From positions 12,710,001 through 12,774,000 of the forward strand of contig CM059432.1 in NCBI GenBank assembly GCA_030390025.1: a stretch of DNA of 64,000 nt. Reading direction: 5' to 3'. A program made the position numbers and the translations under genes. Of the stretch, positions 1-12,280 are shown piece after piece (the first letter of the stretch is position 1; the number at the start of each line of letters is the position of its first letter). This DNA is from Squalus acanthias. Lineage: Eukaryota. The notes below the pieces were generated by a model. That model saw only the letters and a list, made by a program, of their open reading frames with translations, was not told the DNA's origin and made no database searches.

Positions 1-452
1 GCTGGCTGATATAATAAAGGAGAAGTCTGGCAGAACAAAGACAGTTGGAAAAAGCATATTATATGATGATTGGGGGAGTAAAATAAGGCAAGTAGGCCAT
101 ACATTGAACAATAGGCCGCCAAGATGTGATTTGCGAAGATGTGGTTAAGCGTACGTAAATTGGATAGCACAATGGCAGATGTGGAAATAGGGCAAATGAG
201 ATAAACAAGATGTGTTTTGTGGAGATGTGATTAAGTGTATGTGACTTGGACAATTAATTGGCCAAGTCCCGAAGATGTGAAGGAAACAAGATGTAAGATT
301 GTATAAAAGCCAACTGCTCGAATGTAAAAATTAGACTCCCGTCTCAGCTCAGACTGAGAGGGCCTCTCCCTGCACGTGCTTGAATAAAGATCGCTTGGAA
401 CCAGTACACGCTCGACTCCATCTGCTTTGGGGCAGAGAGAAATCCCACAACA
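1..452 (+). mobile_element. LTR-like segment of an LTR retroelement/ERV; 5' boundary uncertain or outside the window
   Basis: Seven AGATGT(G) repeats (121-294), TATAAAA at 302-308, AATAAA at 383-388, ends ...CCCACAACA at 452 directly against LINE 3'UTR sequence; purine run at 72-78 could be a PPT. Confidence 0.5.
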
Positions 453-1290
453 CTAATTACCCTTGGGAAGGTAGTGGTCTGTCGAACAAGCTTTGGCGAG
501 TTGCTGCAGTGCATCTTGTAGATGGTACACACTGCAGCCACGGTGTGCTGGTGGTGGAGGGAGTGAATGTTTGAAGTGATGGACGGGGTGCCAATCAAGC
601 GGGCTGCTTTGTCCTGGATAGTGTCGAGCTTCTTGAGTATTGTTGGAGCTGCACTCATCCAGGCAAGTGGAGATTATTCCATCACACTCCTGACTTGTGC
701 CTTTTATAGATGGTGGAAAGGCTTTGGGGAGTCAGGAGGTGAGTCACTCGCTGCAGAATACTCAGCCTCTGACCTGCTCTTGTAGCCACAATATTTATGT
801 GGCTGGTCCAGTTAAGTTTCTGGTCAATGGTGACTGCAGGATGTTGATGTTGGGGGCTTCGACGATGGTTATACCGTTGAATGTCAAAGGGCGGTGGTTA
901 GACGCTCGCTTGTTGGAGATAGTCATTGCCTGGCACTTGTGTGGTGCGAATGTTACTTGCCACTTATCAGCCCAATCCTGAATGTCGTCCAGGTCTTGTT
1001 GCATGCGGGCATAGACTGCTTCATTATCTGAGGAGTTGCAAATGGAACTGAACACTGTGCAGTCATCAGCAAACATCTCCACTTCTGACCTTATGATGGA
1101 GGGAAGGTCTTTGATGAAGCAGCTGAAGATGGTTGGGCCTAGGATACTGCCCTAGGAACTCCTGCAGTGATGTCCTGGGGCTGAGATGATTGGCCTCCAA
1201 CAACCACAACCATCCTCCTTTGTGTTAGGTATGACTCCAGCCAGTGGAAAGTTTTCCCCCTGATTCCCATTGACTTCAATTTTACTTCAA
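453..1290 (-). mobile_element. CR1-group LINE 'family B' (MFADD RT), 3' fragment
   Basis: ORF fragments EMFADDCTVF...WADKWQVTF and KKLDTIQDKAARLIG...IHSLHH; same family recurs at 22311, 37152, 41145, 43761. Confidence 0.9.
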
Positions 1291-1534
1291 TTGTGGGCAT
1301 TTAATAAGCTATAATCATTGCTACCCACAGTTTTGGGTTTATTGTTTATGGTGAGCCAGTTTTTTTCTCACTCTGAATTAGTGCTAAGATACAGATCTAG
1401 TGTTATGAAATGCTTGCCCTTAATGATACAGGGGGGTCCTGATAAATTCCTGGCACTGTCCTTCAGTATTGGTTTGAGAAGGAGTGCAGGCATTTTGGTT
1501 TTTCTTGTCTTTCTTCAGTGACAATAGAGTTCCA

Positions 1535-1710
1535 ATGACAGTTATTGAGTCTCTCAGGATGACAACATGCCTGTTCCCCTGCCATCCCCTGAACCAATGC
1601 CCACCATGGTGCCAGGAAGCCATCTTGGCCAGTCTGCCCAAGATGCTGCAGTCTGCAGCCAAGCCCCCTGAGCCCAAGCTTCTGGAGGTCAGCCAGGTGG
1701 CACGTACTTG
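1535..1710 (+). mobile_element. Remnant of PIF/Harbinger Myb/SANT gene 3' part
   Basis: Resembles 45650-45800 (QSAA..PS..RG..P); lies convergent to the transposase remnant at 2191-3253. Confidence 0.4.
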
Positions 1711-1862
1711 AATGATGATCAGTGGGCTGGAAGTCCTTTATTGGAGGATAGATGGACTGGTTCAAATGATCTAGGAAGGAAACAGGTGGGCATGGTAGGG
1801 GGAAGGAGTCATTTAGGAGAAGCGATGGTAAGCGAATTATTGGCATACAGCTCTGGCTACAG

Positions 1863-2190
1863 GTTTTTTTTATTCATTCATGAGATGTGGGCGTCGCTGG
1901 CAAGGCCAGCATTTATTGCCCATCCCTAATTGCCCTTGGGAAGGTGGTGGTGAGCCGCCTTCTTGAACCGCTGCAGTCCGTGCGGTGAAGGTACTCCCGC
2001 AGTACTGTTAGGTAGGGAGTTCCAGGATTTTGACCCAACGATGATGAAGGAACGGTGATATATTTCCAAGTCAGGGTGGTGTGTGAGTTGGAGGGGAACT
2101 TGCAGGTGGTGGTGTTCCCATGCGTCGGCTGCCCTTGTCGTTCTAGGTGATAGAGGTCGTGGGTTTGGGAGGTGCTGTCGAAGAAGCCTT
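1863..2190 (-). mobile_element. Family-B LINE 3' end with poly(A)
   Basis: T-run followed by the reverse complement of the family-B 3'UTR (GCCAGCATTTATTGCCCATCCCTAATTGCCCTTG). Confidence 0.9.
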
Positions 2191-3253
2191 GATGTTGCAG
2201 ACCTTCTGCTGCTGCATCTTCCAACTCATCAGCTTCCTCCTTCTCATATGGTGGACGTCCCTCATTCATCTGCCGTCAATAGTAGCTCTCCCCGTTGTAG
2301 GGTAAAGTTATGCAGGAGGCAGCACACCAGCACTATCCTCGATACGCTTCCAGAGCTGTACTTTAGGAGACCATCAGACCAGTTCTGGGCAGCGGAATTG
2401 TTGTTTCCGCACCCCTGTGGACTGCTCAATGCTCTGGTTGAGCCGTGTCTGGTGTTGTTTCTGAGCTCCGCTGGTGTCCTTGGGTTTCAGAGCGGGAGTC
2501 ATCAGTCAAGTCTGCAGAGGATATCCCTTGTCTCTTTGCAGTGAGCCTGGGATGCATTGCTCCTGGTCAAAGAGGTGGAAAGCTGGACTGCTGCAGGACA
2601 CAGGCAGCATGAGGGCTGCCTGGGAAGTGGGCACAGACCGGCATGAACTGCCGCTGGTGGTCAGATACCAGCCAGACGTTAAGGGAGTGAAGCCCTTTTA
2701 TAAAAGTGCCAGGCTCATTGGCAGGAGCCCAAATGGCCATGCGTGTGCAGTCAATGGCACCTTGCACTTGTGGGAACCCTGCAATGGCTGCAAGCCCCAT
2801 AGCCCTTTCCCGCTGGCTCCTGGGGTCCATGGGGGAATGCAATGAAATGATTAACTCTGGCAAACGGCGCATCAGTGACCTGCTTTATGCAGGAATGCAC
2901 CACAGCCTGATTGATGTTACATATGTCTCCTGCGCAGCCTGATCCTGATGCATAGAAATTCAGGGCTGTGGTCATCTTACCTGTGGTAGCGGCTGCAGCT
3001 CCTGCTGTAGCATTCTGCAGATCTCTGTGATGGCCTGTCGTGAGAAGTGCAATCTCCTCCTACACTGCTCGTCACTGACATTTAGGTAGCTCACTCTGGC
3101 CCGTAGACCCTAAGAGCACAATAAGGCCCCCATGAGAGCGGCCCTCCTCCTGCTTGGAGTCCTTGCAGGACCATGTGCTGCTCCCCACTGGTTGCTGCTG
3201 CTCCCGTTCTTCCTCTTCTGCAGCCACTTAGCTGTGGCCAATATCGCTCCCAT
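2191..3253 (-). pseudogene. Disabled PIF/Harbinger DDE transposase (HARBI1-like)
   Basis: TTALNFYASGS and IAGFPQVQGAIDCT...KGLHSLNV...FPGSPH motifs in different frames. Confidence 0.85.
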
Positions 3254-3423
3254 TTTCCTGGAGAGCAAGCACCTCACTGTGTCAAGAGAATGGTTGAGAT
3301 GGCTAAAGGATACAATTTCAGCCAGAAAACATTCTCAATAAACCTCCCTCAACTCTCCAGATAGATACCAATGAACTGATTACTTGCAGGTGAGAGCCCC
3401 CTTAAATACCACTGGGAATGTTG

Positions 3424-4052
3424 AATTTTGTTTATTGTGAGGGGAATTAAATACAAAAGTAGGGAGGTTATGCTTCAGTTATACAGGGCATTGGTGAGAC
3501 CACATCTGGAGTACTGTGTACAGTATTGGTCTCCTTATTTAAGGAAGGATGTAAATGCGTTGGGAGCAGTTCAGAGAAGGTTTACTAGACTAATACCTGG
3601 AATGGGCGGGTTGTCTTATGAGGAAAGGTTGGACAGGCTAGGCTTGTATCCGCTGGAGTTTAGAAGAGTAAGAGGTGACTTGATTGAAACATATAAGATC
3701 CTGAGGGGTCTGGACAGGGTGGATGTGGAGAGGATGTTTCCTCTTGTGGGAGAATCTAGAACTAGGGGTCACTGTTTAAAAATAAGGGGTCGCCCATTTA
3801 AGACAGAGATGAGGAGAATTTTTTTCTCAGAGGGTCGTGAGTCTTTGGAACTCTCTTCCTCAGAGGGCAGTGGAAGCAGAGTCTTTGAATATTTTTACGG
3901 CAGAGGTAGATAGATTCTTGAGCAAGGGGGGTGAAAGGTTATCGGGGGTAGGCGTGAATGTGGAGTAATCAGATCAGCCATGATCTTATTGAATGGCAGA
4001 GCAGGCTCAAGGGGCCGAGTGGCCTACTCCTGCTCTTAATTTGGATGTTCAT
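3424..4052 (+). mobile_element. CR1 LINE 3' fragment
   Basis: LYRALVRPHLEYCVQYWSP...RRVRGDLIETYK; CR1 3'UTR hairpin. Confidence 0.95.
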
Positions 4053-4059
4053 AGGTTCG

Positions 4060-4278
4060 ACCTATACTGCGCAGTAGTACTGAGCCGGTCCAGCACTGGG
4101 CCACGCTAAAAGGCATGAAAATGGTGTCGGGGTCATATTGACGCCATAGGAGCCTGTGGTGCTTTAACGAGGCTCCTGCTGGTGGCAGTGGGAGCAGGCT
4201 TGTAAATCCTGCACTTGGATTTTTTTGATCGCACTTTTGTCTCATTCCCACCCGAAAATGGAGAAGGAAATCAGCCCC
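4060..4278. mobile_element. Probable Harbinger terminal region
   Basis: Ends GAAATCAGCCCC, resembling the AAAATCCAGCCC TIR at 12269-12280; lies 5' of the transposase remnant. Confidence 0.45.
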
Positions 4279-4309
4279 GCTGCGTCCAGCATCACGTAGC
4301 TCATAGTCT

Positions 4310-5233
4310 ACAAAGCTAGGTGGCAGTGTCAGTTGTGAAGAGGATGTGAAGAGGCTTCAAGGGGATCTCGACAGGCTCAGTGAGTGGGCGAGAACATGGC
4401 AGATGGATTATAATGTGGATAAATGTGAAGTTATTCACTTGGGTAGAAAAAACAGAAAGGCAGAGTATTTCCTAAATGGTGAAAGATTGGGGAATGCAGA
4501 TGCTCAAAGGGACCTGGGCGTCCTTGTACATGAGTCACTGAAAGTGAATGTGCAGGAGCAGCAAGCCATTAGGAAGGCAAATGGTATGCTGGCCTTCATT
4601 ACAAGAGGATTTGAATAAAGGAGTAAAGAAGTCTTACTCCAATTATATAGGGCCTTGGTGAGACCACACCTGGAGTACTGTGTACAATTTTGGTTTCCTT
4701 ACCTAAGGAAGGATATACTTGCCATAGAGGGAGTGCAACGAAGGTTCACGAGATTGATTCCTGGGATGGCGAGTCTGTCATATGAGAAGAGATTGAGTAA
4801 ACTAGGCCTGTATTCTCTTGAATTCAGAAGAATGAGAGGGGATCTCATTGAAGCATACAAAATTATTACAGGGCTTGATAGGGTGGATGTTGGGAGAATG
4901 TTTCCCTTGGCTGGGGAGTCTAGAACCAGGGGCCACAGCCTCAGGATAAAGGGTAGGCCATTCAGGACTGAGATGAGAAGAAATTTCTTCACACAAGAGG
5001 GTGGTGAATCTTTGGAATTCTCTACTCCAGAGGGTTGTGGAAGCTCAGTCATTGGGTATATTCAAAACAGAAGTCGATAGATTTCTGACTAGTAAGGGCA
5101 TCAAGGGATATGGCGATAAGGCCGGTGAATGGAGTTGAGGCAGAAGATCAGCCATGATCTCATTGAATGGCGGAGCAAGCTCGACGGGCCGAATGGCCTA
5201 CTCCTGCTCCTATTTCTTATGTTCTTATGTTCT
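4310..5233 (+). mobile_element. CR1 LINE 3' fragment
   Basis: RT C-terminal ORFs 4346-4618 and 4655-5080; (TTCTTATG)n tail. Confidence 0.95.
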
Positions 5234-5929
5234 AAGTCCAGGCACAGCACAAATTCTGCCGAAGCTGCTTCCCATGCAGGCTTACTGAAAGCATTTAGCG
5301 GCCTAAGTAACTCCGTTTCAATTTAAAAGGAAGTTGTTCAACACACATCCCCGCTCACCCCTCCTAATCTTCACATCTGCAGAGCAGCGGTACAGTCTGG
5401 CTGGACTGTAATGAAAATCATTCCTCGCTGCTGTGCGGGTGTAAAAAAAAAAGTACAAAAAAACATTTGCTTGTATTTGAAATGTAAAGAGTTATGTTTT
5501 TTGATAGTTCTTAATACCCCTTGTCCTGGCTACAGGCTTTACAGTTTTTGTATGTGAAATATGAAGGTCTGCTTTCAAATCTTTAATCATTCTTGTGAGA
5601 ACAGTCTTACATCATGTGATTTCTGTGAGCTTCAATTGAGTCAGTCATAAATATTCTACATAAATTCCCCCCATCTTGAATAAATCATTCTTATCTCAAA
5701 AAAACGAGCAGCTTTTTTTCTGAAGGCTCATATTTTATTTGCACTCGTATAATCACCTCATGCAAACTACAAAGTAAGAGGACGAACCTTGTCTCTGTGT
5801 GCGTTTGGTCTCGTCAAGGGTCTAGAAACCATGACGACAGACTAGCAAACTGTGAATGATGTGTTTGATGCCTATTTGTGTCAACAGAGCACTTTGTACA
5901 AGAGTTCAAGTGTGCTAAGTGTCCAGTGA

Positions 5930-6172
5930 AATATCAGAGAGAAAGGAATAGAATATGAGTGTGCGAGAGAGATAAACAGAGAGGGGCTGCGCCAGAAGGA
6001 GAGAGAGAGAGAGACAGTGATAGAGAGAGAAAGCAGTGGATCGAGAAAGAGGGACAGAGACGAGTCAGTGATTGAGAAAGAATTAGAGGGAAAATCTGAG
6101 CGAGATAGGGAATATGATTGCGAAAGACAAGGAATGTGAGCAGGGAAACGACAATGACAGAAACACAGCAAT
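5930..6172. repeat. GA-rich low-complexity / (GA)n repeat
   Basis: Degenerate GAGAGA runs. Confidence 0.85.
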
Positions 6173-6281
6173 AGGCTTCAGGATGACAAAGACAGGATGG
6201 TGAAATGGGCAGAAGCATGGCAGATAGAGTTCAGTGCGGAGAAGTGTGAAGTGATGCACTTTGAGAGGACGAATATGGAAA

Positions 6282-7800
6282 GATAGAAATTCGCGGACTT
6301 ACCACTCTCCATTAAGGCCCGTTTCCGGGGAAAAAATGGCAGCCGCCTCACTTCCGCCCGGCTTCGGCGCGGGACTTGGTGGCTGCCATTTTGGTGAGGG
6401 CCATAGTGCTGCCGTTAGCAGCGCTGGCCCTAGAAATGCAAATCAGCAGAGCATGGCGTCTGCAAACTTCGACCTTTTTGCTTACTTTAACACTGGGTCC
6501 AAAGCACACTCAGAAAAGCACGTGTACAGCAGACCTACAGAGACGCTGTCAGCGCTTCTTAAAGGGACACACATATCATTCAGGTAAGCTAGGATTTAAG
6601 CTTTTGGACTGGATTTTTATCTTTTATTGAAGTCGTGGCTTGGTGCAATAGATGTTAAAAGTTTTTAAAGTGTGCAGGGAGTGCTGCTGGATGCTTGCAA
6701 GGCCTCGGATGGTAAAGGAAGGCCTCTGAGGAGACTCTGAGAAGAGTTAGCAGGCCAGGCAGCAGCCATGGAGAGAGAAATAGAGTTCACGCCTCAGGTC
6801 AAGATGCTGCCTGACCTGCTGAGTATTTCCAGCATTTTATGCTTTTATTTCAGATTTCCAGCATCCGCTCACAGAGGGAAGAGAAAGACACAGAAGTGGA
6901 AGACACAGAAGAGGAAAAAGCAGAAGAGGAGGAAGCAGAAGAGGAAGACGCAGAAGAAGAGGAAGCGGAAGGAAGGATGTAATCCAGACAACCCCTTTCT
7001 GACCGGGATATCCGGGATGGAATCATCCGCCTGCGGTATCAGTGACCACAACCCTAATTCCCCTTTCAACATTTGTCTCACACCTTATCTTCCCTCTGTT
7101 ATTGACCATCACAGCGTCCTCTTGGCCAAAATGCTGAAATAAAAGCCACCACAAAGCAAACTTTCAAATCCAACTTTATACATCTATCCATCAATATGAC
7201 ATTAAGAAATCAACTAATCACCCTTGTGCATTCCCTTAGTGAGTGTCTTGTGTGTGCCTTTGCCTATCCTAGTGGTGTCATGCAGTGCTACCCCAGTGGC
7301 TGCAGCATGGCTGGTGGAAGGCTGCTGACTTTCAGTGGGGGACACTGCAGATGGCCTTGCAGGACGACCTCTAGGAGCTGGTGGCTGGGAGTGTCAAATC
7401 AAGTGAAAGTGTTTCTCCTTCTTCTTCTTCTTCTTCACTCTCCCCTACCTCTACTTGGTCAATCACTGGCTGGGCAGGCTGGATTTCTTGGATGTGTGAA
7501 ATGAGAATGCTTAAGGGTAGAGTTGTGGTGAGGGGAGGGCGGGAAAGCAAGGGGTGCATGCAAAAAGGAATATAAACGTATGAGATTACCAACATCTTGT
7601 ATCATTTCAGCCCGGCCACTGGCCAAGGGCCCAGCCATGCCCCTGCCAAGAATGGCCAGCACTATCTCCTCCAAGGGGGTGAGGTGAAGTTAGGAATGGG
7701 AGGTGTGCCTTGTGTTTGGTACAGATTGTTGATAGGTGAGTGATTTGCGGGGGAGGGGGCGGTCGTGCAATGAGCAAAGCAGGAGTGCTGCGTGCGAGAC
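6282..7800. mobile_element. Decayed PIF/Harbinger element: acidic transposase tail (+) convergent with Myb/SANT gene remnant (-)
   Basis: TIR-like TAGAAATT start; Glu-rich tail 6870-6980 then AATAAA; minus-strand LTPLEEIVLAILGRG and APRGRPARPS segments resembling 43480-43570 and 45780-45930. Confidence 0.6.
6768..6868. mobile_element. Penelope-like pseudo-LTR fragment (rearranged)
   Basis: GATGCTGCCTGACCTGCTGAGTATTTCCAGCA...TCAGATTTCCAGCATCCGC shared with 18140-18760 and 43588-44805. Confidence 0.6.
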
Positions 7801-7803
7801 CCT

Positions 7804-8228
7804 GGGTACGGTAGCATAGTGGTTAGGGTAATGGACTAGTAATACAGAGGCCTGGATTAATAATCTGGAGACATGAGTTCAAATGCCCACCATGGCAGCT
7901 GGGGAATTTAAATTCAGTTAATTAAATAAATCTGGAATAGAAAGCTAATATCAGTAATGGTGACCATGAAACTACTGGATTGTTGTAAAAACCCATCTGG
8001 TTCACTAATGTCCTTTAGGGAGGAAATCTGCCGTCCTTACCCGGTCTGGCCTATATGTGACTCCAGACCCACAGCAATGTGGTTGACTCTTAACTGCCCT
8101 CTGAAATGGCCCAGCAAGCCACTCAGTTGTATAAGGTGGCTCAGCACCATTTTCTCAAGGGCAATTAGGGATGAGCAATAAATTCTGGCCTTGCCAGCAA
8201 CGCCCACATCCTGTGAATGAATAAAAAA
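7804..8228 (+). mobile_element. tRNA-derived SINE with family-B LINE 3' tail
   Basis: A box TAGCATAGTGG, B box GAGTTCAAATGCC; last ~90 nt match the family-B LINE 3' end; A-rich tail. Confidence 0.85.
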
Positions 8229-8286
8229 CAAAAATTTGTTTTAGTGCTGAAGCACTTTTACCATTTTTTTAAGTGCGGAAGTCAAT

Positions 8287-10528
8287 TAGAAACATAGAAA
8301 AACAGGAGTAGGCCCTTCGCGCCTGCTCCGCCATTCAATATGATCATGGCTGATCCTCTATCTCAATACCATATTCCCGCTTCTCCCCATACCCCTTGAT
8401 GCCTTTTGTGTCTAGAAATCTATCTATCTCCTTCTTAAATATATTCAGTGACTTGGCCTCCACAGCCTTCTGTGGTAGAGAGTTCCACAGGTTCACCACC
8501 CTCTAAGTGAAGAAATTTCTCCTCATCTCAGTCCTAAATGTCCTATCCCGTATCCTGAGACTGTGACCCCCTCGTTCTAGACCCCCTAGCCAGGGGAAAC
8601 ATCCTCCCTGCATCCAGTCTGTCTAGCCCTGTCAGAATTTTATACGTTTCAATGCGATCCCCTCTCATTCTTCTAAACTCTAGTGAATACAGGCCTAGTC
8701 GACCCAATCTCTCCTCATACGACAGTCCTGCAATCCCAGGAATCAGTCTGGTGAACCTTCGCTGCACTCCCTCTACGGCTAGTGTATCCTCTCTTAGGTA
8801 AGGAGACCAAAACTGCACACAGTACTCCAGGTGTGGTCTCACCAAGGCCCTGTACAATTGTAGTTAGACATCCTTGCTCCTGTACTCAAATCCTCTTGCA
8901 ATGAAGGCCAACATGCCATTTGCCTTCCTAACTGCTTGCTGCACCTGCATGTTTGCTTTCAGTGACTGGTGTACAAGGACACCCAGGTCCCTCTGTACAT
9001 CAACATTTCCCAATCTATCACTATTTAAATAATACTCTGCCTTTCTGTTTTTCCTACCGAAGTGGATAACTTCACATTTATCCACGTTATACTGCATTTG
9101 CCATGTATTTGCCCACTCACTCAACTTGTCTAAATCGCCTTGAAGCCTCTTTGCATCCTCCTCACAACTCACAATCCCACCTAGTTTCATGTCGTCAGCA
9201 AACTCAGAAATATTACATTTGGTTCCCTTATCCAAATCATTGATATATATTCTGAATAGCTGGGGCCCAAGCACTGATCCCTGCGGTACACCACTAGTCA
9301 CCGCCTGCCATCGAAAAAAGACCATTTATTCCTACTCTCTGTTTCCTGTCTGTTAACCAATTTCCAATCCATGCCAGTATATTGCCCCCAATCCCATGTG
9401 CTTTAATTTTGCTCACTGACCTCTTATGTGGGACTTTATCAAAGGCCTTCTGAAAATCCAAATACACCACATCCACTGGTTCTCCCTTATCTATTCTACC
9501 AGTTACATCCTCAAAAAACTCCAGTAGGTTTGTCAAACACAATTTCCCTTTCGTAAGTCCATGTTGACTTTGTCCAAACCCGTTGATATTTTCTAAGTGT
9601 CCTGTAATCACATCCTTTACAATAGACTCTAGCATTTTCCCTGCTACTGATATTAGGCTAACCAGTCTATAGTTCCCTGTTTTCTCTCTCCCTCCTTTTT
9701 TAAATAGTGGGGTTACATTTGCCACCCTCCAATCTGCAGGAACAGTTCCATAATCTATAGAATTTTGGAAGATGACAACCAATGCATCCACTATTTCCAT
9801 GGCTACCTCTTTTAGTACTCTGGGATGCAGATTATCAGGCCCTGGGGATTTATCGGCTTTCAGTCCATTAATTTCTCGAGCACTATTTTTTTTACTAATA
9901 CTAATTTCCTTTATTCCTGCCTTCTCACTAGACCCTTGGTTCCCTAGCATTTCTGGGAAGTTATTTGTGTCCTCTTCCATGAAGACAGAACCAAAGTATT
10001 TGTTTAATTGCTCAGCCATTTCCTTGTTCCCCATTATAAATTCTCCCTTTTCTGACTGTAAGGGACCTACATTTGTCTTCACTAATCTTTTTCTATTTAC
10101 ATGCTTGTAGAAGCTTTAACAGTCCACTTTTATGTTCCTTGCAAGTTTACTGTCATACTTTCATACTCTATTTTTCCCCTCTTAATCAATCTCTTGGTTC
10201 TTTTTTGCTGAACTCTAAACTGCTCCCAATCCTCAGGCTTGCTACTTTTTCTGGCAACTTTAAATGACTCCTCTTTGGATCTAATACTATCCTTAATTTC
10301 TTTTGTTAGCCATGGTTGGGCCGCTTTTCCTTTTGTGTTTCTGCGCCAGATAGGAATGTATATCTGTTGCAATTCATGCATTTGTTCCTTAAATGTTAGC
10401 CATTGCCTATCCACCGTCATGCCTTTTAATAAAGCTCCCCAATCTATCATAGCCAACATACGCCTCATACCTACGTAGTTTCCTTTGTTTAGATTTAGGA
10501 CCCTAGTTTCAGATTGGACTTCTTCACT
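8287..10528 (-). mobile_element. CR1 LINE, 5'-truncated, frameshifted ORF2
   Basis: KSPGPD, YLDFQKAFDKVPH, GVPQGSVLGP, FADD motifs over four ORF pieces; 3' tail at 8287. Confidence 0.95.
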
Positions 10529-11509
10529 TTTGTGGTATATATCAATGATCTAGACTTGAATATAGGGGGTATGATTAAGAAGTTTGCAGATGATACTAAA
10601 ATCGGCTGTGTGGTTGATACTGAAGAAGGAAGCTGTAGACTGCAGGAAGATATCAATAAATTGGTCAGGTGGGCAGAACAGTGGCAAATGGAATTCAATC
10701 CGGAGAAGTGTGAGGTAATGCATTTGGGGAGGGCTAACAAGGAAAGGGAATACACATTAAATGGTAGGACACTGAGTAGTGTAGAGGAACAAAGGGACCT
10801 TGGAGTGCATGTCCACAGATCCCTGATTGTAGCAGGCCAGGTAGATAAGGTGGTTAAGAAGGCATAAGGAATGCTTGCCTTTATTAGCCGTGGCATAGAA
10901 TACAAGAGCAGGGGGGTTATGGTTCAACTGTATAAAACACTAGTTAGGCCTCAGCTAGAGTAGTGCGTGCAGTCCTGGTCACCACATTACAGGAAAGATG
11001 TGATTGCACTAGAGAGGGTACAGAGGACATTTACAAGGATGTTGCCGGGAGTAGAGAATCTTAGCTATGAGGAAAGACTGGATAGGCTGGGTCTGTTTTC
11101 CTTGGAACAGAGGAGGCTGAGGGGAGACCTTATTGAGGTGTATAAAATTATGAGGGGCATACATAAAGTGGATAGAAAGGACCTATTTCCGTTAGCAGAG
11201 GGGTCAAAAACCAGGGGGCACAGGTTTAAAGTAATTGGTGCGAGGTTTAGAGGGGATTTGAGGGGAATTTTCTTCACCCAGAGGGTTGTGGGGGTCTGGA
11301 ACTCACTGCCTGAAAGGGTGGTAGAGGCAGGAACCCTAACCACATTTAAAAAGTACTTGGATGTGCACTTGGGATGCTCTAACCTGCACGGCTACGGACC
11401 AAGAGCTGGGAAGTGGGATTAGGCTGGATAGCTCTTTGTTGGCCGGCGCGGACACAATGGGCCGAAATGGTCTCCTTCCGTGCTGTAACTTTCTATGATT
11501 CTATTCTAT
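10529..11509 (+). mobile_element. CR1 LINE 3' fragment (different subfamily)
   Basis: YINDLD...KFADDTK; (TTCTATGA)n tail. Confidence 0.95.
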
Positions 11510-12280
11510 GGGCTGGATTTTGAATGACCCATGGAGTCGGGTTTGGAGGCGTGTGGGGGGTTAAATTTGCGGGGTTGGGGGTCCCAACCCCATCCCGACT
11601 CCATCCCGCCTCCATGCAATTTTGACAAAATCAGTCGCGGGGTTCCCGACTCCGTCCCGCCTCCAAGAGGCGGGAGAGGCCATTAAAGCCCTTAACAAGC
11701 CCTAAATTGGCTCTGTAATGCCATTTTGAAACGTTTTAGCTAGTTTAACCCTTTTCTGACGTGAAGTATGCCTGGTGTGAAACACTCCAGTGAAACCTGG
11801 CGGGAGCACAAGTGGATAGCTGACTATGAGCTGCAGGTCCACTATTACAACGGAGATGTGATGAAGGTAGTAGTAGTATTAGGTCTGAAAGTCACCTCTG
11901 ATGCTGCTGCATTGAATGTGTTCAGAGACTGCCTGGCCTTTGCTGTGAGAGGACTTGGATGCAAAAAAATTCTCTCTCTCTCTCTCTCTCTCTCTCCCTC
12001 TCCCCCATTTTTGCATCCAGGTCCACTCACATCAAAAGCAAGCCACGCAGGTCCTCTCTCACCAACAGTCTCTGAGACTAGGCAGTCAGCAATGATGACA
12101 TCATCAGAGGCGACTTTCAGACTGAAAACACTAATTAGTTCATGGGTTCCCACATGCTGGAACTCAATTGCCCAATTAAGTGAAAATTGCATCATTCATC
12201 CACATTAATCTGGAGTCGGGGGGGAACCACGAAATGCGGATGACACGACCCCAACCCGACCCCAAGACAAAATCCAGCCC
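11510..12280. mobile_element. Non-autonomous PIF/Harbinger-type element (MITE)
   Basis: Perfect 13-bp TIR GGGCTGGATTTTG/CAAAATCCAGCCC; 3-bp TSD TAT (11507-11509, 12281-12283). Confidence 0.85.

Noticed and set aside
2567..2975. Domesticated HARBI1-like host gene
   Set aside because: Frameshifts, altered catalytic motifs and transposon context
6768..7142. Lys/Arg-rich 124-aa ORF
   Set aside because: Alternative-frame reading of a GAA/GAG-rich Harbinger tail fused to a pLTR fragment
7804..7895. tRNA gene
   Set aside because: A/B boxes only, no clear cloverleaf; it is a SINE head
10495..10560. Twin-primed single CR1 (head-to-head junction)
   Set aside because: The halves overlap in ORF2 coordinates, each has its own 3' tail, and they are different subfamilies
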